Below are positions 37,305-46,562 of a stretch of DNA of 64,000 nt, piece by piece. Both the position numbers and the translations under genes were made by a program. Each line of letters opens with the position of its first letter. Position 1 is the stretch's first letter. The DNA is from Burkholderiales bacterium (GTDB lineage Bacteria > Pseudomonadota > Gammaproteobacteria > Burkholderiales > JAEUOS01). The stretch covers positions 1,078,587 through 1,142,586 of the forward strand of contig OZ257137.1 of assembly GCA_965279115.1 (NCBI GenBank). The letters run 5' to 3'. Below the pieces are notes generated by a model that was given only the letters and a program-made list of their open reading frames with translations, was not told where the DNA came from and ran no database searches.

Positions 37305-38786
37305 TCAGCCGCCAGACTGCGCCATCCGGCTGCGCAACGCCGTCTTCTGCACCTTGCCCAGCGCCGTCTTGGGCAGGCTCTCGGCAAATACCACCCGGCG
37401 CGGATGCTTGTAGCGTGCAAGCCGGCCGTCAAACAGTGCGATGACCCCATCCTCATCAAGGCTGGAACCCGGTCGCCTGACCACCACCGCGACCGCGACC
37501 TCGCCCCAGCGCGCGTCTTCCTGCCCGATCACCGCGGATTCGACGATGTCCGGACAATCCGCCAGCACGTTCTCCAGTTCCGCCGGATAGATGTTCTCGC
37601 CTCCGGAGATGATCATGTCCTTGGAGCGACCCACCACCCAGTAAAAACCTTCGGAATCCCGATAGGCCAGGTCTCCGGAACGGAACCAGCCGTCGGCGAA
37701 TGCCGGATTGCCGGGGTCATTCCAGTAACCCGCCACCACGTTCTTCCCGCGGATGTATATCTCGCCGGTCTCGCCGGTGGCCGCATCCTTGCCATCGGCG
37801 TTCACCAGGCGTACCTCCACATGCATGGCCGGCTTGCCTGTGCTGCCCGCATGACCGAACGCGTCCCCGGCCCGCAGCACGATCGAAACCGGTCCCGTCT
37901 CGGTGGCGCCATACACCTGGCTGACCGGCACGCCACGGGCCTGCACCGACTCGATCATCGACAAAGGCACGGTCGACGACCCGGTATTGAGCAGGCGCAG
38001 GCTCGACAGGTCCGCCAATGGCCAATCGGGATGCGCCAGAATCGCCTTGAGCGTGGCCGGCACCAGCAGGGACAAGGTGGGCCGGCGTGCGGATACGTCG
38101 GCGATCCAGGCGGCGGGGTCGAATCGAGCGTGCAAGGTGGTGGTGCCGCCGGCGGCCAGCACCGGCAGTGTCTGGATGCACAGTCCGCCGACGTGAAACA
38201 TCGGCAGCGCGTTCAGCACATGATCAGCCGCCGTGATGTCCTGGGCGGCGGTCGCCGAGGCGATGTTCCACAGCAGGTTGGCCTGGGTATGCAGCGCTCC
38301 TTTGGGTGCACCGGTGGTACCCGAGGTGTAGACGATCATGACGGGACTGTCGTCACTGCCGGCGAGTGGCGTGTCACGGGGCGCAGCTTCATCGACCAGC
38401 GTTGACGTCGCGGCGACCGCGATGCCCGCGGCGCGCGCCGCGGCGGCACCGGCATCGGCGAATGCCTCATCACGGAACAACAGCCGGGTGCCGGATTGGC
38501 GCAGGATCGCCACCAGTTCCGGCGTCGCCAGGCGCATGTTGAGCGGCACCGCAATCGCGCCCAGACGCGCCAGCGCCATCAGGAACACGATGAAATCCGG
38601 ATGGTTCAGGCCCAGCCAGGCAATTCGTTCGCCTTCCTTGACAGCATGGCGGACCGACAGCGTTGCGGTCGCGATCTCGATGCGGCGCCACAATTGCGCA
38701 TAGGTGACCTCCATGCCATGCAGGTGCATAGCGCACTTGTCCGGTGTCATACCGGCCCAATGCTCGACGATGCGCGAAAGGTTCAT
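37305..38786 (-). CDS. AMP-dependent synthetase/ligase (acyl- or aryl-CoA ligase)
   Basis: 493 aa. Motifs IVYTSGTTGAPKG, YGATE, SGDLAY.D..G and PKTALGKV. Confidence 0.85.
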   Translation of the reverse strand: MNLSRIVEHWAGMTPDKCAMHLHGMEVTYAQLWRRIEIATATLSVRHAVKEGERIAWLGLNHPDFIVFLMALARLGAIAVPLNMRLATPELVAILRQSGTRLLFRDEAFADAGAAAARAAGIAVAATSTLVDEAAPRDTPLAGSDDSPVMIVYTSGTTGAPKGALHTQANLLWNIASATAAQDITAADHVLNALPMFHVGGLCIQTLPVLAAGGTTTLHARFDPAAWIADVSARRPTLSLLVPATLKAILAHPDWPLADLSSLRLLNTGSSTVPLSMIESVQARGVPVSQVYGATETGPVSIVLRAGDAFGHAGSTGKPAMHVEVRLVNADGKDAATGETGEIYIRGKNVVAGYWNDPGNPAFADGWFRSGDLAYRDSEGFYWVVGRSKDMIISGGENIYPAELENVLADCPDIVESAVIGQEDARWGEVAVAVVVRRPGSSLDEDGVIALFDGRLARYKHPRRVVFAESLPKTALGKVQKTALRSRMAQSGG

Positions 38787-38858
38787 GACTGGCTGTTGAC
38801 AGACGCTAGGCGGAACGGACTCCCCGCGACGAATTGGGCACGTGCTATCGCGCCAATG

Positions 38859-40160
38859 CTAGACGGTTTCCTCGTCGCGCTCACCCGGCTCGTACAGGCA
38901 TTCGCGGCCCAGCTTGTCGACGCACAGTTCCGCCGTCCACGGCAGCATCAGCGAACCGCAGCGCGAATCGCGGTACAGGCGCTCCAGCGGCAGGCTTTTC
39001 AGCATCGACTGGCCACCGCAGGTGCGCACCGCCAGGCGACAGATCTCGTTGGCGTTTTCCATGATGGTGTAGTGCGCCGCATACAGGCCCAGGCGCACTT
39101 CCTTGTGCGGGTCCACCCGTGCCGCACGGGCGATCTGCAGGAAGATCGCGCGGGTCTGCTCGAGCTTGATCTTCATTTCCGCCACTGCCACCTGCTTGGT
39201 GGGATACATGCGGCGCTTCACCGGCGGCATGCCCGGCACTTCGCCGCGCAGGTATTGCACCGTGAAGTCGTAGGCGGCCTGCGCGATGCCCATGTAGGTG
39301 GGCGAGAGGGTGGCGAACATGTGCGGCCAGCGTGATGCCGCCTGGGCGTAGATGCCTTCCGGCATCAGGCGCTCGCATTCCGGCACGAACACATCCTTGA
39401 ACAGCAGGTTGCGCGACACCGTGCCGCGCATGCCCAGCGGGTCCCATTCGCCGCTGACAGTCACGCCGGGCAGGTTGCGGTCGACCGCGAGGTACAGCGA
39501 ATCACGCTGCGTCGCGCCGGGCTTGTCCACCGTGCACAGCACGCCGTAGTAGTCGGCCGCCCCGGCCAGCGAGGCGAAGATCTTGCGGCCGTTGACGATA
39601 TAGCCGCCCTCCACCTTGGTGGCCAGCGTGCCCCATGGCGCCTTGCCGGCCGCCGCCGCGCCGCCCTCGGAGAACGGCTGCGAATAGATCTTGCCCTCGC
39701 GCACGATGCGGTCGTAGTGGATGGCGCGGTTCTTCTCGTGGTCGGCGCGATCCTCCGGCGACATGTCGAGGTCGTCGGCGATGAAGCCCGACCAGATGGT
39801 CGAACACACGTGCATGTTGTAGGTGAGCGCGGTGGCGCCGCAATGGCGGCCGATCTCGGCCGCGACCATCACATAGGTGGCGAAATCGGCGCCCCAGCCG
39901 CCGTATTGCTCCGGCACGCAGATGCGCAACAGTCCCGCGTCGCGCATGTCGGCATAGTTCTCGAAGGGAAACACCGCATCGCGGTCGATCTGTTCGGCGC
40001 GCCTTGCAAAGCGATTACGCCCAAGGTCCGCGGCAATCGTCAGCAGTTCACGCTGTTTCGCGGTTGGCTCGGCATACTCGCCGATGATGGAAGGCGGAAG
40101 ATACGCCCCCCTGGACGGGGCAGACGCCCCGATAGGCGAAGTCTGGAGGACTGCAGCCAT
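38859..40160 (-). CDS. Acyl-CoA dehydrogenase-fold flavoprotein (dehydrogenase or ACAD-type monooxygenase)
   Basis: 433 aa. ACAD N-terminal, middle and C-terminal pattern (PEQYGGWG, S.P..GS, C-terminal helical domain). Substrate is unknown. Confidence 0.75.
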   Translation of the reverse strand: MAAVLQTSPIGASAPSRGAYLPPSIIGEYAEPTAKQRELLTIAADLGRNRFARRAEQIDRDAVFPFENYADMRDAGLLRICVPEQYGGWGADFATYVMVAAEIGRHCGATALTYNMHVCSTIWSGFIADDLDMSPEDRADHEKNRAIHYDRIVREGKIYSQPFSEGGAAAAGKAPWGTLATKVEGGYIVNGRKIFASLAGAADYYGVLCTVDKPGATQRDSLYLAVDRNLPGVTVSGEWDPLGMRGTVSRNLLFKDVFVPECERLMPEGIYAQAASRWPHMFATLSPTYMGIAQAAYDFTVQYLRGEVPGMPPVKRRMYPTKQVAVAEMKIKLEQTRAIFLQIARAARVDPHKEVRLGLYAAHYTIMENANEICRLAVRTCGGQSMLKSLPLERLYRDSRCGSLMLPWTAELCVDKLGRECLYEPGERDEETV

Positions 40161-40169
40161 GTTGGCCTC

Positions 40170-40955
40170 CTAGTTCGGAAAGTGCTTGGCGAGAAATTCC
40201 AGCGCCAGCGCATTGAACGCAGCAGGCGCCTCGAGATTGGCGATGTGGCCGATGCGCGGCAGGCAGCGATATTCGGAGTCTGCAATGCGCTCGGCCATTT
40301 TCTGCATTACCTCCGGCACGGCGTTGCGGTCATCCTCGCCGGCGATGCACAAGGTCGGCACGCGGATGCCGGCCAGGTTGGCGCGCTGGTCGAAGGAGAC
40401 GATCGCCGACAGCGCCGCCCGGTAGGTGGCCTCCGGCACCTTGCTCATCACCGCGTGCGCCAGCGTCACACCTTCCGTTTCGGCATCGCGGCCGATCATC
40501 GCCGCCACCAGCTCCGGCGCCAGACCGGCCATGCCGCGCCCCGCGTCCAGCGGCGCAAAACGGCTTTGCAGGAATTGCCGCTGCCAGTCACCCCCGGGCT
40601 TGCCGAAGGCCGGCGACGTACCGGAGAGGATCAGGCCATGCACCTTGTCGGGACACTGCGCCATGGCCTGTTGCGCCACCATGCCGCCCATGCTGTGGCC
40701 AAGAATCACGTTGCGATGCGCGCCGGTCTCATCGACCAGCGACTCGAACGCGCGCGCCAGCCCGACATTGTCGTACGGGTCGATCATCGCCGAGCCGCCG
40801 TAGCCCGGCATGTCCCAGGCCACGGCGCGATAGCCGGCCGCCACCAGCGCCGCGATGGTCGTGGGCCAGGCTTCCTTGCCGCCGCCCACACCGTGCAACA
40901 GGAACACCGCGGTCGAGCCGCGCCCTTCGTCGATGCAGGCGATCTTGCCCATCAT
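40170..40955 (-). CDS. Alpha/beta hydrolase
   Basis: HGVGGG oxyanion region, GHSMGG nucleophile elbow, and a C-terminal His (IGHIANLE). Confidence 0.85.
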   Translation of the reverse strand: MMGKIACIDEGRGSTAVFLLHGVGGGKEAWPTTIAALVAAGYRAVAWDMPGYGGSAMIDPYDNVGLARAFESLVDETGAHRNVILGHSMGGMVAQQAMAQCPDKVHGLILSGTSPAFGKPGGDWQRQFLQSRFAPLDAGRGMAGLAPELVAAMIGRDAETEGVTLAHAVMSKVPEATYRAALSAIVSFDQRANLAGIRVPTLCIAGEDDRNAVPEVMQKMAERIADSEYRCLPRIGHIANLEAPAAFNALALEFLAKHFPN

Positions 40956-40960
40956 GTCAT

Positions 40961-42007
40961 CTACGCCAGCTCGCCGTGCAGCACGCCGGTGTCGACCACC
41001 AGGTCGCCATCGAGCATGACGGTGCAGTTGCGCAGGGGCAGGTCGAAGTGGCCGAGGGTATGCCGGCCTGCCACTTCATTGGCGCCGGTGGAATACAGGA
41101 AATTGCCGCCGAAGGCGCGCAACTCGGTGCCGTTGAAATCGCGCTTGTCGTAAAAGGCCATCGAATCCCAGCGCGCCGCCGGGTTCATGCCCCAGCCGAC
41201 GTGGGACACCGCATAGGCTTCCTGATCGCCCCAGGCGGCGAAATAGCCTCGCATCAGGTCGGCGTCCAGATGGTCGCCGCCGATGTCGGTGACGTAGTCG
41301 TTCTCGATGGTCAGCACCACCGGCTTTTCCAGGTAGCGCTTGAAGGTGAGGTTGACGTCACCTTCATTCATGACCAGCGTACCGTTGACACTGCCGGCCG
41401 CCGGAAAGGCCAGGCACAGGCCGCCCGGCCAGTGCGAGATGGTGCCGGCACGCGCCGTGTAGCCCCAGCCGCCGCCGACCCGGGCGTTTTCCAGATTGAT
41501 GTGCAGGTCGGTGCCGGCGACCGAGGTCACCTGCATGGACTTGGCGGCGCGCAGGCGCTTGATGCCGGCCTTGACCCGGGGTTCGAGGGCGGGGTCGGGG
41601 CGGCAGCGCTCCAGCACTTCGGGATGCTCGTTGGAGACCATCAGCACGCGTGCGCCCTGGCCGAGAATCTCCGGCAGTTCCGGCGCGTGCAGCAAGCCTT
41701 CCACGGTCAGGTCGGCCACAAAAGTGCATCCGGCAAGTGCCTGAATCACCGGTCCCAGGCGCGCGATCGCGTCCGAAGCCCCGGTCGAGCGCACCGGCAC
41801 CGGCGCCGAGAGCTTGGGCGACGTGAGTTCGATACGGAACACACTGGCGCCCAGGCGCGCCAGTGCCAGCACGGCGAGTTCCACATTGACCGGCCGCGAC
41901 TGGGTTTCCGACAACACCGCCGCCACGTCACCGGCCTTGACGCCACACAGGGCGAAGGTGTCGGCGAAGCAGTCGATCCACTTGGCTTCTATGCGTTCCT
42001 GCAGCAT
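40961..42007 (-). CDS. NicX-like protein (2,5-dihydroxypyridine 5,6-dioxygenase / aminopeptidase-T M29 fold)
   Basis: 348 aa. Candidate metal ligand pattern SHVGWG ... GRHTLGHFDLP (H...HxD), as I recall for NicX. Family call is from memory and is not a search result. Confidence 0.55.
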   Translation of the reverse strand: MLQERIEAKWIDCFADTFALCGVKAGDVAAVLSETQSRPVNVELAVLALARLGASVFRIELTSPKLSAPVPVRSTGASDAIARLGPVIQALAGCTFVADLTVEGLLHAPELPEILGQGARVLMVSNEHPEVLERCRPDPALEPRVKAGIKRLRAAKSMQVTSVAGTDLHINLENARVGGGWGYTARAGTISHWPGGLCLAFPAAGSVNGTLVMNEGDVNLTFKRYLEKPVVLTIENDYVTDIGGDHLDADLMRGYFAAWGDQEAYAVSHVGWGMNPAARWDSMAFYDKRDFNGTELRAFGGNFLYSTGANEVAGRHTLGHFDLPLRNCTVMLDGDLVVDTGVLHGELA

Positions 42008-42020
42008 GCGCGGCTCCCGA

Positions 42021-42077
42021 AAAGGCGCAAGACCTTGCGCCTTTGATGACGATGGCGCATGATATATGAAATTTCAT
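42021..42077. promoter_or_regulatory. Two palindromes in the divergent marR / nicX-like intergenic region (candidate MarR operators or leader hairpin)
   Basis: AAAGGCGCAAG-ac-CTTGCGCCTTT (42021-42044, perfect 11-bp arms) and the perfect 12-bp palindrome ATGAAATTTCAT (42066-42077), which lies 13 nt upstream of the marR ATG. Confidence 0.45.
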
Positions 42078-42090
42078 GTAATGCAAATCC

Positions 42091-42552
42091 ATGCCGACCC
42101 GGCCATCGCAACTACGCTTCATCGACGACTACCTGTCCTACCTGCTGGCACGCGCCAGCCACGCGGTGTACAAGGAGTTCGAGCGCACCGTCAACGCAGC
42201 AGGGTTTTCTTCGCTGCAGTGGCGGGTGCTCGCCACCTTGGCCGACACCGACGGCATGGCCATCGGCGACTTGGCGCGTGAAGTGCTGGCCAAGCAACCC
42301 ACCCTGACCAAGCTGGTACAGCGCATGGCCGAGGCGGGATGGGTGGAGCGCACTGCCGATGCGCGCGATGCGCGCCTGACGCTGGTTCAGGCCACGCCCA
42401 GGGGCCGGCGCGAAGTGGCGCGCCTGATGGCCGCCGCCAAGACCCACGAAACCGAAGTCCTGGCCGGCTTCGGCGCCGGGGAAGTAGCCACCCTCAAGGC
42501 CTTGCTACGCGGCATGATCGACCGCTCCGAGCGCCCGCCCCGTTCATCCTGA
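42091..42552 (+). CDS. MarR family transcriptional regulator
   Basis: 153 aa. wHTH pattern (LQWRVLATLAD..GMAIGDLAREVLAKQPTLTKLVQRM...GWV.R..D..D.R). Confidence 0.88.
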   Translation: MPTRPSQLRFIDDYLSYLLARASHAVYKEFERTVNAAGFSSLQWRVLATLADTDGMAIGDLAREVLAKQPTLTKLVQRMAEAGWVERTADARDARLTLVQATPRGRREVARLMAAAKTHETEVLAGFGAGEVATLKALLRGMIDRSERPPRSS

Positions 42553-42571
42553 AGGCAAAGCCGCCGTCCCC

Positions 42572-44914
42572 TCAGGCCGTCACACCCTTGGGTACGGCGC
42601 GCAATAGCGCGTCCTTGCGCCGGGCATCCTCCTTCGCTCGCGTCGCCAGGGTATGCGCCTGTTGCGCACCCGACAGGTACTGCTTCGGCCAGCCGACGTC
42701 GCGGAAATCGTATTCCGCCGCCGCATGGAGTGTGAAGTAAGGATCGGCCAGATGTGGCCGCCCCAGTGCCACCAGGTCTGCGCGACCCGACGCCAGCAGC
42801 GTGTTGACCTGATCGGCCGTGGTGATGGCCCCGACGGCCATGGTGGCGATGCCGGCGTCATAGCGCACCTGCTCGGAGAACTGCGCCTGGTACATGCGCC
42901 CATAGACGGGTTTCGAGGCCGGATCGGTTTGTCCCGTGGACACATCGATCAGGTCGCACCCGTGCGCCTTGAAGGCGCGGGCGATTTCCACCGCATCGCC
43001 GCCGGTGGTGCCGCCGGGTATCCAGTCGGTGGCGGATATGCGCACGCTCATCGGCTTGTCGGCAGGCCATGCCGCACGCACCGCGTCCCATACCTCGAGC
43101 GGCCAGCGCAGGCGGTTGGCGAGCGACCCGCCGTATTCATCGGTGCGCTTGTTGGTTACCGGCGAAATGAAGCTGGCCAGCAGGTAGCCATGCGCCATGT
43201 GCAGTTCGAGCATGTCGAAACCGCAGGCAATCGCCCGGCGCGCGCTGGCGACAAACTCGTCGCGAACGCGATCCATGTCGGCACGCGTCATTTCGCGCGG
43301 TACCTGGTTGGAAGCAGCGTAGGGCACGGCGGAAGGCGCCAGGAGTGGCCAGTTGCCGTTGGGCAACGGGTGATCCATCTGCTCCCAGCCCACCTGGGTG
43401 GAGCCCTTGCGACCCGCATGTCCCAGCTGCAGGCAGATCTTTGCTGCGCCGCTCGCATGCACGAAATCGACCACGCGCTTCCAGCCCGCCTGCTGGTCGT
43501 CGTTGTACAGGCCCGGGCATCCCGGGGTGATGCGCGCTTCCGGCGACGGGCAGGTCATCTCCACGAACACCAGGCCAGCCCCACCCACCGCGCGTGCGCC
43601 GTAGTGCACCAGGTGCCAGTCGCCCGGCACCCCGTCCTTCGCCATGTATTGCGCCATCGGCGAAACCACGACACGGTTGCGCAAGGTCATGCCGCGCAGG
43701 TGGAAGGGCGCGAACATCGGCGGCGCCTTGAAGCCGGCCGGCAGGGTGGCGCCCTCGGTGCGTGCAACCTCGCCGTTCCACCAGTCTTCGAGTTCCGCCA
43801 CGCTGGCGGCGTCGCGCATGCGCATGTTCTCGAAGGTGATGGCCTTGGAGCGGCTCATCAGGCTGAAGTTGAACTGCGCCGGATGCATGTTCCAGAAGCG
43901 CCGCACGTTCTCGAACCACACCAGCGACACATTGGCGGCGTGCTGGATCCGGTCGGCTTCCTCATGGCGTGTGCGATCGTAATCGCGCAGGGCCGCCAGC
44001 TGGTCATCGGGATGGCGCAGTATGGAGGCGTGCAGCCCGATCGCATCTTCCAGCGCCAGCTTGGTACCGGAACCGATCGACCAGTGCGCGGTATGCGCCG
44101 CGTCGCCCAGCAGCACCACATTCTCGTGGCTCCACTTCTCGCAGCGGATGGCGGGAAAGTTGCGCCAGAACGAGCGGTTGGTCAGAAGCTTGTGGCCGCC
44201 CAGCAGGTCGGCAAACACCTCCTGGCACAACGCCGCCGTGCGTTCCTCGTCCTGGATGCCAAGGCCGGAACGCGCGAAGGTCTCGTCGGTGGTTTCCAGC
44301 ACCAGCGTGCAGCGCGGTGCGGCACCGGGGCGGGTGTACATGTAGGAATGCAGGTTCCAGATGCCGTGCTCGTTCTCGGCGAACGCATAGGTGAACCCCG
44401 GCAGTGTCATGTCGGCGCCCAGCCAGCAGAACTTGTTGCTGCGCAGGTCCACCTGGGGCGCGAAATGCGCCTTCCATGTCTCGCGCACGGCGCTGTTGAT
44501 GCCGTCGGCACCGATCACCAGATCGGCTTCACGCGCCACCTCGTCGATCGGCCGCGCCTCGCTCTGGTAGCGCACTTCGATATCGAGTTCGGCGGCGCGC
44601 TTTTGCAGGATGGCCAGCAGGGCCAGTCGCCCGAGTCCGGAGAACCCGTGCCCGCCGGAACGCATGATGGTGCCCTTGTAGTGCACGTGGATGTCGTCCC
44701 AATAGGCAAAGCTGGCGGCGATCGCCTTGTATGAAGGCTCATCGCACGCACGCAGGTTGCCGAGGGTTTCATCGGACAACACGATGCCGAAGCCGAAGGT
44801 GTCGTCGGGGCGATTGCGCTCGGTTACGCGGATCTTCGCTTCAGGAAACGACTTCTTGATCAGGATCGCGCTGTACAGGCCAGCCGGACCGCCGCCCAGG
44901 ACTTCGATCTTCAT
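42572..44914 (-). CDS. Fused FAD-dependent aromatic monooxygenase plus Old-Yellow-Enzyme-type reductase (2-aminobenzoyl-CoA monooxygenase/reductase or salicylyl-CoA 5-hydroxylase family)
   Basis: N-terminal half: MKIEVLGGGPAGLY (GxGxxG), GADG..S.VR, LLGDAAHT. C-terminal half: OYE motifs (L.NR.VVSPM, HLVHYG.RA.GGAGL, LQLGHAGRKGS, MLELHMAHGYLL). The start at 44914 has a GGAAG SD. Confidence 0.85.
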   Translation of the reverse strand: MKIEVLGGGPAGLYSAILIKKSFPEAKIRVTERNRPDDTFGFGIVLSDETLGNLRACDEPSYKAIAASFAYWDDIHVHYKGTIMRSGGHGFSGLGRLALLAILQKRAAELDIEVRYQSEARPIDEVAREADLVIGADGINSAVRETWKAHFAPQVDLRSNKFCWLGADMTLPGFTYAFAENEHGIWNLHSYMYTRPGAAPRCTLVLETTDETFARSGLGIQDEERTAALCQEVFADLLGGHKLLTNRSFWRNFPAIRCEKWSHENVVLLGDAAHTAHWSIGSGTKLALEDAIGLHASILRHPDDQLAALRDYDRTRHEEADRIQHAANVSLVWFENVRRFWNMHPAQFNFSLMSRSKAITFENMRMRDAASVAELEDWWNGEVARTEGATLPAGFKAPPMFAPFHLRGMTLRNRVVVSPMAQYMAKDGVPGDWHLVHYGARAVGGAGLVFVEMTCPSPEARITPGCPGLYNDDQQAGWKRVVDFVHASGAAKICLQLGHAGRKGSTQVGWEQMDHPLPNGNWPLLAPSAVPYAASNQVPREMTRADMDRVRDEFVASARRAIACGFDMLELHMAHGYLLASFISPVTNKRTDEYGGSLANRLRWPLEVWDAVRAAWPADKPMSVRISATDWIPGGTTGGDAVEIARAFKAHGCDLIDVSTGQTDPASKPVYGRMYQAQFSEQVRYDAGIATMAVGAITTADQVNTLLASGRADLVALGRPHLADPYFTLHAAAEYDFRDVGWPKQYLSGAQQAHTLATRAKEDARRKDALLRAVPKGVTA

Positions 44915-44927
44915 TTGGGTTCTTCCT

Positions 44928-46541
44928 TCAATTGCGGGCGAGAAGCTGGCGCACCAGTTCACCCTTGATGATCTTGCGGGTCGGCGTAAGGGGCATCGCC
45001 GTCACGATTTCCAGACGCTCCGGCCACTTGACCTTGCCGACGTCTTCGGACGCCAGAAAGTCCCGCATCTCCTCGAGCGAGAATGCGTGTCCCGGGCGCG
45101 TGACCACAAAGCAGCAGGCCTTCTCGCCTAGCACCGCGTCCGGGATTGGCGCGACAGCCACCTCGGCCACCGCGGGATGTTTGAGCAACATCGCCTCGAC
45201 ATCCAGCGGATTGAACTTGACGCCGCCACGGTTGATGATTTCCTTGACGCGCCCGGTAAGTCGCACGTTGCCTGCGTTGTCGATGACAGCAAGGTCGCCG
45301 GTGCGGAACCAGCCGGCCTCGGCGAAGGCATCCCGCGTGGCTTGCGGGTTTTCGAGGTAGCCGGCAAAGAGCGACGGGCCGCGCATCTGCAGTTCGCCTT
45401 CAATGCCCGGGGAAAGTTCATTCCCGCCGGCATCGACCACCCGCAATTCGGTACCGGGCGAGGCGCGCCCGGTGGATTCCAGGCGTACCGGTTCAGGGTC
45501 GCCGGGCCGGGTGAAGGCGCCAGCCTGCAGCTCGGTCATGCCCCACAACTGCATCACTTTGCCGCCGCCCAGTCGTGGTTCCAGCGCCCGGCCAAGCGCG
45601 GGTGGCACCGCGCTGCCGGAGATCTGCACGAACTTCAGACAGGTCATGTCCAGGCCATCGAACAGCCCGCCGTTGAGGCAGGCGGCGATATGCGCCGGCG
45701 CGGTGAAGGCTGCAGTAGGGCGCATGATGCGGATCGCATCGGCCAGGCCCGGCGGCGAGAACGCCGGCAGGAGCGCAATGGTCGCGCCCACGGCCAGCGC
45801 CATGTTCACCGTGAAAAGACCATACAAGTGGGTAAACGGCGCGGCCGACAGCATCACATCGTCCGGACCCAGTGCCAGTTCGGCCGCTGACAGGCGCGCA
45901 TTGGCGAGAAAGTCCTGATAGGCGTGCGGCACCCCCTTGGGTGACGACGTGGTTCCCGAGGTGTAGAGCAGCAGGAACGGATCCTCGCCCGAGAGCCTCG
46001 GCAGACCGGTCGCTGCCTTGGTGTCAGGCAATTCACGCCAGTCGCGTGCTTGTCGCGGCACCTGGTCGCCTACTGCAATGACTTCGCGCAATGCCGGCAG
46101 TCCGCTACGCAAGCCCAGAAAAGTGTCTGCGGCGGCATAGTCCTTGGTCGCATCCAGGCACACCACGGCAACCGCGCCGCTGTGCCGCAGCAGGCCTTCG
46201 AGGTCAGCGGCGCGATATGGCATGTGCAGGGTTTGCATCACCGCACCGAGCGATGCAATCGCGAGATAGGCCAGCACGAACTGTGGCGTGTTGGGCAACT
46301 GCACTGCGACCACGTCACCGCGCCGGATGCCCAACGCCGACAAACCCTGCGCCACAGCCAGCGCTTCATCCCGCAGCCGCCGGTATGACCACACGGCATC
46401 GCCAAGCCGCAAGGCCGCATGATCCGGGCGCTCGCGCGCATTTCGCTCCAGCCAGTCGGACAAGGTTTCGTCGTTCCAGTAACCGTTGGCGCGATAGGCG
46501 GCACCGCGCACCGGGTCGAAGGTGATGGAAAGGCGGGTCAT
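44928..46541 (-). CDS. Aryl-acid-type AMP ligase (EntE/DhbE-like aryl-CoA ligase)
   Basis: N-terminal YRANGYWNDETLSDWL pattern, as in 2,3-dihydroxybenzoate/salicylate-AMP ligases. LLYTSGTTSSPKG, WGMTE, TGDLA. 537 aa. Confidence 0.8.
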   Translation of the reverse strand: MTRLSITFDPVRGAAYRANGYWNDETLSDWLERNARERPDHAALRLGDAVWSYRRLRDEALAVAQGLSALGIRRGDVVAVQLPNTPQFVLAYLAIASLGAVMQTLHMPYRAADLEGLLRHSGAVAVVCLDATKDYAAADTFLGLRSGLPALREVIAVGDQVPRQARDWRELPDTKAATGLPRLSGEDPFLLLYTSGTTSSPKGVPHAYQDFLANARLSAAELALGPDDVMLSAAPFTHLYGLFTVNMALAVGATIALLPAFSPPGLADAIRIMRPTAAFTAPAHIAACLNGGLFDGLDMTCLKFVQISGSAVPPALGRALEPRLGGGKVMQLWGMTELQAGAFTRPGDPEPVRLESTGRASPGTELRVVDAGGNELSPGIEGELQMRGPSLFAGYLENPQATRDAFAEAGWFRTGDLAVIDNAGNVRLTGRVKEIINRGGVKFNPLDVEAMLLKHPAVAEVAVAPIPDAVLGEKACCFVVTRPGHAFSLEEMRDFLASEDVGKVKWPERLEIVTAMPLTPTRKIIKGELVRQLLARN

Positions 46542-46562
46542 GGTCTTGCCTGGCGCCAGGTC

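Noticed and set aside
42653-44734. A 693-aa plus-strand ORF antisense to the monooxygenase/OYE fusion gene.
   Set aside because: No recognisable motifs and an Arg/Gly/Ala/His-rich composition. It is entirely shadowed by a strongly supported minus-strand gene.
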